Origin: Octopus vulgaris | Taxonomy: Eukaryota | Assembly (NCBI GenBank): GCA_951406725.2 | Contig: OX597824.1 | Coordinates: forward strand, 86,924,001 to 86,988,000 | Length of the DNA stretch: 64,000 nucleotides | Direction of reading: 5' to 3' | Shown here: positions 51,532 through 64,000 of the stretch, in pieces | How positions within the stretch are numbered: the stretch's first letter is position 1 | How the letters are laid out: every line of letters starts with the position of its first letter | Notes under the pieces: model-generated | What the model was told of the DNA's origin: nothing | Databases searched by the model: none | The model's input: only the letters and a program-made list of their open reading frames with translations | Translations under genes and position numbers: made by a program

Positions 51532-54066
51532 TAGGAATAGGAATAGTCTAATAAATTTCTTTATTTCAAATACATAAAAAAAAGAAAAGAAAAATGTGTT
51601 TAGCTAGATAATTTGGTGTAAGAAAAGGAAAGAATACACATATATATACATATATATATATATATGCATATATATATATATGTATATAGTGTGAAAGAAA
51701 CAGTCCAATAAAATTATATGATATAGTTGGCAGCAGTGAATTTCAAAATGGTTGAATAATTCTTGCAACGTCCAGACGTGCTAAAAGCCATCGCCATTAT
51801 TATAATTTCAAAGTGGCGTCAACACCACTAGAGATGGAAGACATGGAAAATGGAACTGGCAAGCGCTGTTCCTCTTCCTTGGACATTTATAGTATCTATG
51901 TCAATTTTCTAGCCAAAGACAAGACATACATAACATACATCAGTAAAAAGACTATGATTTCAATAGGCGACAGAGAAGTCTATGGAGTAAATTTTGGCAC
52001 AAATTAAAAGGAAAAGGAAAAAAAGAAGAAGAAAAAAGACGCATATCCATATCTTTTGTATTTTACATGCAAACTTAATAATAATAGATAATACAAGATT
52101 TATGTTTCAAAGATTTGTTTCTTTATTAAACACGTAATAAAATACTGTGATTATGGTGATTCCAGCAGCCAGGGAACATCTACAGAGTGCCAGTGACCTA
52201 AATAACAAAGTACATAGCAGCTCAAGCATTAATCAGTGACATTTTTTTGTTAAGTAGAATAAAAGAAATTTTATCTGTTGAGAACCATCAGGGACTCAGG
52301 CCTCTGTGAAGAATTCGAAGTACAGCAGTCATTATTATCTGCTTCAGTAATCGGATTGTGAGTACATCATGATAGAAAGGTATATATATGTATGTGTGTA
52401 TATATATATATATATGTGTGTTTTTTTTTTGGTTTTTTTTTGCATTTAAAAAAAATATTTTTGGAGATTTAAGTTTTTTTTTTTTTTCCTTTTTTCATGT
52501 CTTAAATATATGCAAACTAGGAAAATGTTTTGAGTACAAGAAACATAGATGCTATTGGCATGAAGACGACAAACACTTAGCATTGATATTGCAGCTGCAG
52601 ATAGAGAAAGAGAGAGAGAGAGAGAAACAAGTAAAATAGACAACAATTTGGAGGGGGAAAAAAAAAAAAAAAAAACGCAAAAACCCCCCAAACAACAAAC
52701 AAAAAAACAGAAACTGAAATGCTGAGAGAGAAAGCAGAGCAGTCACATGACATATCTAGATCAGGCTGCCAACATTTTGTAGCAGTTTAGCTTTATTAAT
52801 ACTTGTCAAGGTTAAAATTTCAAAAGTCAATTGATACGAATGTGTGTTTGCTTCAGAGAAGCAGAGCAGCAAAAAATGATACAATTTTTTTTTCTGTTAT
52901 TTTTTTGTCTTCAAAATAATGAATGTAAAATTAATTAACATAAAAAAAAGGGCAAAGACTCAAAAAGCTAGTGTTATGTATGTTCAGTGAGAATGGTAAC
53001 TCTAAAGTATTTTTTTTCGTTAATGTGATTGTTTTGTTTTTTTGTTTTTTTTATTTTAAAAAAAGCCAAGATGGTAATATTTTATCAGCTGTGCGCATTG
53101 GCAGGGCAAACATTTTTATGAGAACCAAAAGGAGTGACATAGGAAATACTACTCAAGTATAGTCGTTGACATAGCCAAGGGAGAAGAACTGTGTTAAAAA
53201 TAACATACGGATTATTATTATTATTATTATTATTACTTCATTAAAAAAAGGATAAGTTTCAAAGGTTTACGTATTTCTTTTATGGATGTTGTTTATTATT
53301 TTTACAGGTAATTTATATAACAATTAGATTCGGCATCTAATGAATAACAGGAAGAAGTTATCTACTCAAATATTTCTGAAAAATATCTATAATAAAACAT
53401 TTAAATTAGATAACTGGTGTTAATCATTAAAAATGTGCAACCTAGGTCGATAATATGAAGTTTATAAAAAGGAGACAAGGAAATATCTCTAATTTTTACT
53501 GCTTGTAATATTAAAAGAAAGAAGGAAAGACTGTAGGTTTAGTGTAGACTATTATAGAGAGAAACTGTCTGCAAAAAGCAAGGGTTTTTGACGAGAGAAA
53601 ATAATAGTTGTAATATTGAAAAAAAAAAAGAAAAAGAGAAAAAAAAAAGAAGACTGTAGCACCTTGCAATTAGGATAAATATTGAGCAAAATAAATAAAG
53701 AATTTAAAAATAGTTTGTTCGTGAAGAAGAATGGGCAAGGTATTTTTTTTTTGTTTGTATCTGTCATGGAGGCAACATTGGAAGAAATCTTGTTTAAAAT
53801 TTGTTCTATTTAGAAGGTAGTAAAATCACATGAAATTCTCAGTCTGACTAAATTTTCAAACAATAAGTTTGAAAACAAAAAGTTGTTAAAAAAAAAATTT
53901 TTTTAAAAGGTGGGGGTATGGGTGGGGGGAAGGAATAAAAAGAAAAATTGAGCACAGTCCTAGTAATTGTGGGATAAAATACTATTTTGATGCTCTGTTT
54001 TGGTTGAAAAACTGTTTAATGTCACTGCAAGAAGTGAAAGAAACAGGATAGAATTTACAGCTGTAG
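51010..54066 (-). other. Probable 3' UTR of the LIM gene
   Basis: About 3 kb free of recognisable TEs, U-rich on the minus strand, with several AATAAA (tttatt on +). The end point is uncertain. Confidence 0.45.
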
Positions 54067-54378
<312 letters not shown>

Positions 54379-55558
54379 TTAGGATCATTTAATGTGAAAT
54401 AAGATTAAAATTATAGATTTATATGAAAAAAAAAAAAATCTCTAACAACACAACAAAGGATCATGTGATGGCAATAAGAGTATAATTTATCAAAAAGTTT
54501 TCAAGAAACAGCTTTGCAAATATATTTTTTTTTCAGACTAAATAGCGGCATCAAAATATGCTGATTAGAAATTACACACATTTAGTGTTTTCATTCTGTC
54601 TTTATATTCCAAAAACGGATTGAATAATGCAATGAAAACAATTGTTGTTCACCATAAATATTTTCAAATAGCGATAATCAAGGTTTAAAAAAAAACAAGA
54701 AAAGAAAATAAAAAAATTGAAATCAGGAACAAATTCCACAAGAATTTCATTTTTTTTTTTTTATTTTTTTTTAGCAATCTTGAATGAAATATGTTGGGGT
54801 TCTAGGCATGTAATTCTACTGGAATAAAAAACGGTTTATGCAATTAATGACTCTCTCTAATTCATTTGCACTGATTTCTGCAAAAAATGTAAACAGAAAC
54901 TATCTATTTTTGGCTTCATTTAAAAAAACAGCAGAGATATAGTTTAGGCTAAATTTGCTAAGTTTTACGAATTGATTGAATTTCTCCTTCACAGAATCAG
55001 TTAGAAATTAGAACTGGGATCGGTTCATTAACGGGGTCAAAGAAAGCTTCAGGAGCTGATAGCTAGTATTCTATGGAAGCTCAGTTTCAAAATTTTTCTT
55101 ATGCATCTTAGCATACAATAAAACAATCATTAATGATGAAGGATGGCATATGACGCAGGATCAACAGAATATTTATATGTAATGGGAATATTACAGGCAA
55201 GTGATTAGAACTAGTAAAATAACATTTGTTTAACATATATACATATACACGCACATACATACACAGGCCACACAGACACATCATCGTCTTTTATTACCAT
55301 CATTTTAACATCCACATACCTTTCCAGCTGCTTACCAGCGCTCGCTCACCTGTTTACAAGTCAGGTAATATTTCCCTATGATCAGACACATTTTCACGCA
55401 AAGTTGGAAATGAAGGACACTGCTTGTATGACAGTGGCGCTCATTTACAGCCACCACATAATGTCAAGACACATGCATATGTATATATATATTTATACTG
55501 TGAAATTTAATTTAATACTAAATTGAATTTTTCCTTGTAAATTTGGAGTTATACTCCC

Positions 55559-55590
<32 letters not shown>

Positions 55591-55626
55591 AATATAATCA
55601 AAATAAGCAACAAGGATATTGAGAGA

Positions 55627-56001
55627 TAATGCAATACGATTGTTTCATGTGACTCCATTTCTTTGAACAATGCAATCATTACATCAATTTAAAATGTAGA
55701 GCAATCTTCAGGTGCATAAAAATATAGAATTTAGTTAAATTCAAAGGATTCATTCGTATAATTTTTTTTATCCAAAATCACCAAGAGGATAAATTACAAC
55801 TGTGATGTTGTTGGTGAAACATGTTCTTTGTCTATCTCCTTATCCCCTTGGTGGTTTTGGATAAAATTATACTAATGAGTCCTTCAAATTTAACTAAATT
55901 CTATATTTTTATGCACCTGAAGATTGCTCTACATTTTAAATCGATGTAATGTTTGCATTGTTCAATTAAATGGAGTCGCATGAAACAATCGTACTGCATT
56001 A
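55627..56001. mobile_element. Penelope-like inverted repeat (~165-bp arms)
   Basis: 55627-55792 is the reverse complement of 55840-56001; hammerhead core in both arms. Confidence 0.7.
55911..55999 (+). ncRNA. Putative type I hammerhead ribozyme with extended stem II
   Basis: atgca/tgcat stem I, CTGAAGA 55917-55923, GAAAC 55982-55986, aatc loop, GTA cleavage triplet. Confidence 0.55.
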
Positions 56002-58929
56002 CTTCTGATGATTAACTGAACATTGTGAATAAGTATGCATTACATGTGACAGAGTAATCTGAACGCTAGAAGATTAATTGCGACAAGGTTATTTTAAGCT
56101 CTTATTGACTTTGGAAATTAATTGAAATAATTACAATGAAAACCAAGAGAAATCCAGTAATGAAAGGGGTTAAGAAAACACCCATTAACTCACAGTGAAG
56201 GTTTTATTACAGCATACTTAAATTTATTTCAGTTCTTCTAATTTATACTGTGCCTTGCATAAAATGGAAGTTATTTAATAAGCAAAAATATTCAAATTAT
56301 GTCATTCAATTTATGACTGATTTATAAGCAGTTGATGTATGTTATTGATTGGAGAAGGAAACCGGTTTATGTGTCTTCCCTGAGAACTAGTTAACAAACC
56401 ATGAAACAGTCTGTCAGGAGACTCCCTCTTTTTTTTTTTTTGCTACACGGCAATAGCACAGGGGGAGTATGTTGACATTCTTATTTAAACTGTAGTGGGG
56501 TTTAATAATAATAATAATGGTTTCAAATTTTTCCACAAGGGTAGCAATTTTGGAGGAGGAGACGAGTCAATTAAACTGAACCCAGTATGCAACTGGTACT
56601 TAATTTATCGACACCGAAAAGATGAAAGGCAATGACGACCTCAGTGGAATTTGAACTCAGATCATAGTGACAGGCGAAATACTGCTAAGCATTTCATCCG
56701 GCATGCTATTCTACTTGCTACCTTAATAATAATAATAATTTTTTCTACTCTAGGTACAAGGCCTAACATTTTTGGGGAGAGGGCCAGTCAATTAGATCAA
56801 CCCCAGTACATAACTGGTACTTAATTTATCAATCCCGAAAGTAAATTAGAGTATTGATTCTTTTTCTACTCTAGACACAAAACCCAAAATTTTTGGGGAG
56901 GAGGCCAGTCGATTAGATCGACCCCAGTACACAACTGGTACTTAATTTATCAACCCTGAAGTGATGAAAGGCAAAGTCGACCTTGGCGGAATTTGATTAC
57001 AGAATGTAGTGACAGGCAAAATACTGCTAAGCTTTCCGTCTGGTGCACTATTCTCCTAGCAGCCTTAATAATATCATTTGCCGCCTGGTTCCAATCAAAT
57101 AGATAGAGAGAAAGAAAGAGAGAGAGAGAGAGAGAGAACTAATTCTAAACTGCTGAAAAATGTCTAAATTTTCCCTCGGGAATTTTTTTTAACCACCCAC
57201 CCACCAAAAAAACTACTCCTGATGACGGCTGAGTGACAGTTCTCTTCAACAATCATATTATGATTTGGAAAATAGTAGCCGTCTCTTTTCACTTCATGGT
57301 GGCTATATATAGACAACCAACAAGTCAATTAAACAACATTGTGGTTTGGAAACGTAATCCTTGGCTACTTTAAACACGAATACAGGCACTTAAAAGTACA
57401 CTTACGCACACATTATATATGCTAATGTAGATCATTTATACACATATACACACACATCATATACATCAGCCCTTTGCATTTAAACCAATCAGATCTGGCC
57501 TCTCATACCTGCCCTACAATGCCATTCTAAAAATATACAATCACATCATTGAAATAATACACGATTAATAAGTTTTATGTTTGTCAGAGTAACCTGAACG
57601 CTAAAGGGTCAAATGCATCATGTATGTATAAATATGCATGTGGATGCACACACAGAGCTTGAAGGCATGTAGCTAAGTGGTTAAAGTGTCTGGGTCATTG
57701 TCAGGAGGCCATGGGTTCAATCCTTGGACCAGTCAGTGTTCAAGTCAAAGAACAAAACACTTCATTTTTAAATTATTCCAATTTATTTAATTGTAAATAA
57801 GAACAAGTGGAGGGCACATGGCCTAGTGGTTAGAGCAGTGGACTAGTGATCGCAGGTTTGAATCTCAGACCAGGCGACGTGTGTGTTTATGAGTGAAACA
57901 CCTAAGCTCCACACGGCTCTGGCAGAAGGTAATGGTGAACTTCTGCTGACACTTTCACCACAACTTTTTCATCCTGCGTCTTGCAGCTCACCTGCGACAG
58001 ACCAGCGTCCCGTCCAGGTGGGGAACCTATATACGCCAAGGAAACCGGCCCTTATGAGCCAGTCAAACCGTCCAACACACGCTAGCATGGAAAGCGGATG
58101 TTAAATGATGATGATGATGTCACTTCTGCCAAAAGATACCATCCATAGTTGAAATAGGCTGAAATCCCCTGGCCAGCCAGAAAACTACTTTTTAATTTTT
58201 CTTGATAACCAAGGCTATCCATGACAAGCATTTGCTCTCAGCCTCATTCTTGTCTACCTCAGAATAGTTCTGTAAAATTGAAACTACATGTGTAACAGTG
58301 ACATTCTTTATGACTGGCAACCATAGACTACTACTGAGGATATACCTATTTCTTTACTACCCACAAGGGGCTAAACACAGAGAAGACAAACAAGGACAAA
58401 CGGATTAAATCGATTATATCGACTCCAGTGTGTAACTGGTACTTATTTAACTGACCCCAAAAGGATGAACGGCAAAGTCGGCCTCGGCAGAATTTGAACT
58501 CAGAATGTAGCAGCAGACGAAATACTGCTAAGCATTTCGCCCAGCGTGCTAACGTTTCTGCCAGCTCGCCACCTTAACCGAGGATATACCTTGGTAATTA
58601 AGCCTGTAACCTGGAAAGACATGGCCTCTAAGCTGTAGCAGTAGTTCTGTAAAAATTAAAACAGGGCTACATTTGTAGCTTCAAGTTATACTCTTGTCCC
58701 TTGTCTCTTCTTTCAGGATGAAGCAAGCATTCCTGAAGAGCTTGTAAGAGTGTAGAAACTAGCGAAGGTATTACTGAGTCTGTTCTAAGAAGAGAGAAAG
58801 AGTAGGAGACGGAGCCTTGTGGTTTCCCTAAAAAAACTCAATTTTTGTAAGACAGATAAATATATTTATTAAATTTAGGCAGCCTCTTCACTAAAACACA
58901 GTCATAGTATTTTAGTTAATATATAAATT

Positions 58930-59326
58930 TGTATCTGCATTGATATAAAACGAGCAAAACGCCCCCCACCCCCGCCCAATGGACGGCGCTGAGTTGTCAA
59001 ACATTTAAACCAAATTTTCTCAAAACAACTTGTCTGACCGTCCCATAGGCCTCCCCTTTGAGAAACACCAATTTAACCTAAATTTGAGACACCAGCTAAA
59101 GAAGAAATAAAGATAGACTTTTTTTCTATTCCAAAGAAAAACGATTCCCCACGGTTTTATGGATCGCATTCTCACCTGGAATCGATTTTTGTAATCTTTT
59201 CAAGACTTATACACGCCCTGATACCGTCGGTATCTACATATCAAATTTGAGCGCAATCGGATGGAGGATGCCCGAGATCCTAGAAGACACACACACAGAC
59301 AGACAGAACAGATTTTATATAATAGA
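58930..59326 (-). mobile_element. Probable third Helitron-like non-autonomous element
   Basis: Minus strand begins a|TCtattatataaaa followed by a (GTCT)n/(GT)n microsatellite; the 3' end was not located. Confidence 0.45.
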
Positions 59327-60128
59327 TAACTTGTTTAGTACAACAACTTGAAATTTAATCTGCTGTTATAGACTGTATATCATGGCATTTATACTAAAAA
59401 GGCTGGCTGTCAGTGCCTTGCACTGTTAAAAAGGTATCTGATCATAAAATAATGCCTCACAATAAATATTCATCCAACCCATGCTGGCATGGAAAAACAG
59501 ACGTTAAACGAATGATCAAATACACACATGTACAAGCCCCATACTCAAATCTCTAGGCCTTTGGGACACTCACATAGCTCTACAGGTGCACATACACACA
59601 CACACTGGAGTTGCACACAATCAGTGTATATTAGAAAAAGATTTTTGCAAAGGGTCTTCAGCTGTTATACATCTTGAGTTTTACTCATATAAACTCTACC
59701 TTTAGCTCATTCATATATGATGCACAGTACTTGTAAATCCTCTATCTACACCAATCTCTCATTGCTCGCCACCAAACTACAGAACTCAGGAACTAGTCAA
59801 TGTAGACCAACAAATGTAAATTTTGGGGTTCTTTTTTCCCACAATTGTATCATCAGGAAACTTGCACCAAACTTCATTGTTCCATTCACAAATCAAGGGA
59901 ACTTTTCTGCAATAATAAGGTCTAAAGGAAACCTGTACAAGCGACACACATGATGGCTGCACAATTTGGTTCTGTTTAAGAGATAACAATTCTGTATTAA
60001 ATCCACATGAACAACACTAAATTTACTAAGAACAGAGAGACCCAAAATTCCCCAAAAGGTTTTGGATTTTAGCAGCAGAAGTTTTAATTAGAAAATTACC
60101 AATTTAGCTTTTTTTTTAAGTGTTTTAA

Positions 60129-60504
60129 TCTCTCTATATATAAAGCTGAAGTTGTCTGTGTATGGCAGGCTTGATAGCCTTCAACTAACACTATCTCCTC
60201 CCAAACCCTGCGGCGCAAGTTGACCTAAATCGAGAGTATGATGGAAGAGGGCTTGCTTTTCCTTCCGTAGAAGATGAAATTCAAATCGGACCATGTTAAC
60301 ACCAAAAATTATTTACATCAAAAAGGTGCTTTTTTTCTATGAAAATCCCTATTTTTTACGATTTTTTGACTGCTGTGTATTTCAACCAGAAAAATGTTCA
60401 CTTAAAGAGAATAACAAGCTACATGATGCAAAATTTTTACTTTTTAAAAATTCCAATTCTAAAGGGTCGAAACAAACCTGAGCAACGCCGGGCGATACTG
60501 CTAG
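60129..60504 (+). mobile_element. Non-autonomous Helitron, family B
   Basis: a|TCtctctatatataaagctgaag...gagcaacgccgggcgatactgCTAG|t. Confidence 0.87.
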
Positions 60505-61140
60505 TTTATGATAGATGGCTGAGATGATATTGGAAATAGAGATTGGTTTCTAACACTCAAAGAAAGCTGGTTTGAATGAACAAAACACATACACACACTT
60601 TTCATGTTGTCAGTGCATTATAATGGCGAACATGGATAAAAAAAAAAACATTGCAAAAATGAAGACAGGAGACACCATACACAACTGTCAATGATAAGAT
60701 TATTTGGAGAAGCTCTGGGGAGAACTGAATGTAGAATGGACTTGCTATAGCATGATAAAGGATAGACGAAAAAAATTTTGGAATTATGAGGAGGAAAACA
60801 TCACTGGAAAATATTATGATGAAAAAAAAAAGGTAAAGAGAAGAAAAAGAGAAAGCATTAAAGCATTATTGGCATAAGAATGGTTAATGATAAAAAAAAA
60901 TGTAAAGAAATTTTCCTTGATGAGCTGCTTTTGATGAAATGGTACTTAAAGAGATGAGAGATGTATTGAAAACATTAGCTATTCATTAAGATGAAAATAT
61001 AAAACATGTTATTTAAAAAAAGTGATTAGAAGTCACCTGTATGATTAAAATGACATGTAATTGATTAATCAGGTACAAATGTTACATTATCCATAGTAAC
61101 TTTTGAAAGAAAATGATAAAATAGTATTTATGTCATCTAA

Positions 61141-61372
61141 TACCTATTTCTTTACTACCCACAAGGGGCTAAACACAGAGGGGACAAACAAGGACAGACA
61201 AACGGATTAAGTAGATTACATCGACCCCAGTGCATAACTGGTACTTAATTTATTGACCCCGAAAGGATGAAAGGCAAAGTTGACCTCGGAGGAATTTGAA
61301 CTCAGAACGTAACGGCAGACGAAATACGGCTACGCATTTCGCGCGGCGTGCTAACGATTCTGCCAGCTCGCT
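61141..61372 (-). mobile_element. SINE family 2 monomer (core gcctttcatcctttcggggtcgataaattaagtacc, Nin/Deu-domain-like)
   Basis: Head ggcgagctggcagaa. Other copies at ~9370, 20155-20575, 26750-27120, 46751-47135, 56520-57060 and 58343-58575. Confidence 0.8.
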
Positions 61373-63104
61373 ACCCTTCTGTCATCTTATACCCTGTCAC
61401 CTTAAGCTCTGATTTAATGTCCACCTAACAACAGGGTAACATAAGTTAGCTGTGTCAGCAATATAACATCTTCCTAAATACTGTATTCTGAACCTAGATC
61501 TATTTTAAGTCTACACTACTACAAACTCGTCATCATCCATTCACCTTACACATACTTTTCTATGTTGTACACACCAGAAGATGCTCTTGACACTCAGGTA
61601 CACATTTTTAAACTATATGCTTTCAAAACTGTGTATCCGTAAGCTTTAAGTACCAATCCTGTATCAACCGGTCAGGAATCCTATTGTACACTCCCCAATA
61701 TTGAATAAGCATCTACTCATCATAACCATATCAATAAAATTGACCTGCTTTCAATATTCTTCTATGATTAACCAACCACCATGAATTTTTTTTTCAAACT
61801 CTTTTCTACATTTCCAGTTTCATATTATTTACAAAAAGAAATAAAATAAAATAAAATAAAAAAGATTTTAGACAAAAATTAATGGTGCATAGTCTTACTG
61901 TTTAACTGAGTGGAACAGGTTGTAGACCAAATTTTATTTTATTCTTGTATTGTTCATGCGAACCCTACCTTTAGCTCTCTCATATATGATGTACAGAAGA
62001 CAATAAGCAGTGCTTATAAACCCTCTACCTATTTACACCTATCTGTCATTACCAACCACTGAACTACAGAACACAGGAGCCTATCAATGTTGACCAAATA
62101 TAATATATGTTATTATTATTATTATTATTTTTTTTTTGCACAATTGTATCACTAGGAAACTGGAATCTGAGGTTTTACATCCAAGCACAAATTCAAATTT
62201 CCTTATTTGAATAATTTCTAAGGTTGGTACTTCAAGCAGCTACATGCAGAGTAGACTCCCTTTGTTAAATTCCAAATCTTACTCTTTTACTTGTTTCAGT
62301 CATTTGACTGCGGCCATGCTGGAGCACCGCCTTTAGTCGAGCAAATCGACCCCGGGACTTATTCTTTGTAAGCCCAGTACTTATTCTATTGGTCTCTTTT
62401 GCCAAACCGCTAAGTTATGGGGACATAAACACACCAGCATCGGTTGTCAAGCAATGCTAGGGGGACAAACACATATATATATATACATATATACGACAGG
62501 CTTCTTTCAGTTTCCGTCTACCAAATCCACTCACAAGGCATTGGTCGGCCCGGGGCTATAGCAGAAGACACTTGCCCAAGATGCCACGCAGTGGGACTGA
62601 ACCCGGAACCATGTGGTTGGTTAGCAAGCTACTTACCACACAGCCACTCCTGCGCCTATTTTATTCTTGTATTGCTCATGTAAGCCCTACCTTTAGCTCT
62701 CTCATATATTCATTTAAAAAAAAAAATCTATAGCTCAATGGTCAGGGTGTTGTGTTCACGATTGCAGAATCATGGACAGGGTGATGTGTTATGTTCATAA
62801 GCAAAACCCTGCATTTCACAATACTCCAGTCCCTTCAGATGTAAATGATTAACCCTGCAACAGACTGGCATCCGTTTCAGGGAGAATGTTGCCAATTCGG
62901 TTATTTATACATCATGGGAAACTATGTACCTGGCCTCATTAGAATCCTGTGTATTTTGGAAAATGGTCTTGTAATTTGACTCTCTCAATATCCTCCTTAC
63001 TCTAAATACAAGATATTGCCAAAACTTTACAACAATATAAGTCTTTGCATGTATATATTTCCTTCCTTCCATGCCCTCTCAGCTCAGATTTAGTTAACAA
63101 TATA

Positions 63105-64000
63105 TATTTCTTTACTACCCACAAGGGGCTAAACACAGGGGACAAACTAGGAAAGACAAACGGATCAAGTCGATTATATCGAAACCAGTGCGTAACTGGT
63201 ACTTAATTTATCGATCCAGAAAGGATGAAAGGCAAAGTCGACCTCGGCGGAATTTGAACTCAGAAACAGATGAAATACCTATTTCTTTACTACCCACAAG
63301 GGGCTAAACACAGAGGGGACAAACTAGGAAAGACAAACGGATCAAGTCGATTATATCGAAACCAGTGCGTAACTGGTACTTAATTTATCGATCCAGAAAG
63401 GATGAAAGGCAAAGTCGACCTCGGCGGAATTTGAACTCAGAACGTAGCAGCAGACGAAATACCTATTTCTTTACTGCCCACAAGGGGCTAAACACAGAGG
63501 GGACAAACAAGGACAGACAAACGGATCAAGTCGATTATATCAACCCCAGTGCGTAACTGGTACCTAATTTATCAATCCCGAAAGGATGAAAGGCAAAGTT
63601 GACCTCGGCGGAATTTGAACTCAGAAACAGATGAAATACCTATTTCTTTACTACCCACAGAGGGGACAAACAAGGACAAATGGATCAAGTCGATTATATC
63701 GACCCCAGTGCGTAACTGGTACTTAATTTATCGAACCCGAAAGGATGAAAGGCAAAGTCGACCTCGGCGGAATTTGAACTCAGAACGTAGCGGCAGACGA
63801 AATACCTATTTCTTTACTGCCCACAAGGGACTAAACACAGAGAGGACAAACGGATCAAGTCGATTATATCGACCCCAGTGCATAACTGGTACTTAATTTA
63901 TCGATCCCGAGAGGATGAAAGGCAAAGTCAACCTCGGTGGAATTTGAACTCAGAATGTAGCGGCAGACGAAATACGGCTACGCATTGCGGCGAGCTGGCA
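63105..64000 (-). repeat. Tandem array of five SINE family 2 bodies
   Basis: Units start near 63105, 63280, 63463, 63641 and 63807. Confidence 0.88.

Noticed and set aside
57215-57360. CTGATGA with a gacggct/agccgtc stem as a hammerhead
   Set aside because: GAAA does not follow stem II; the next GAAAC is ~60 nt away.

Overview
AT-rich, repeat-dense eukaryotic nuclear DNA, most likely from an octopus (coleoid cephalopod). This rests on a NUMT with the trnQ-W-Y-C-M-rrnS order and on octopus-type tRNA-SINEs and RTE tails. Protein-coding content is the 3' half of an LRP5/6 (arrow) Wnt co-receptor gene on + (8 exons, 1609-15048), the terminal exon of a LIM-domain (EPLIN/LIMD2/Xin-like) gene on - (54067-54250), and a frameshifted, SINE-interrupted SERBP1/HABP4-family pseudogene on - (~18745-19586). 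The rest is transposon-derived: a degenerate RTE LINE and many RTE 3' tails, CR1-group LINE fragments, several SINE families (some in tandem arrays), non-autonomous Helitrons, TIR MITEs, Penelope-like inverted repeats with hammerhead-ribozyme cores, and micro/minisatellites. Most unusual observations: (1) the LRP5/6 EGF3 exon has lost its 5' end and is fused to a CR1 fragment that resumes 2.2 kb later behind a 9-bp direct repeat; (2) Penelope-derived palindromes carry complete-looking minimal hammerheads; (3) the NUMT is split by a Helitron and ends in a fold-back; (4) two LINEs sit head-to-head across an 880-bp (TA)n tract; (5) a 23x30-bp array lies inside a TA-flanked MITE. All calls were made by eye. 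Exon ends were checked for GT/AG and phase; repeat ends are approximate.
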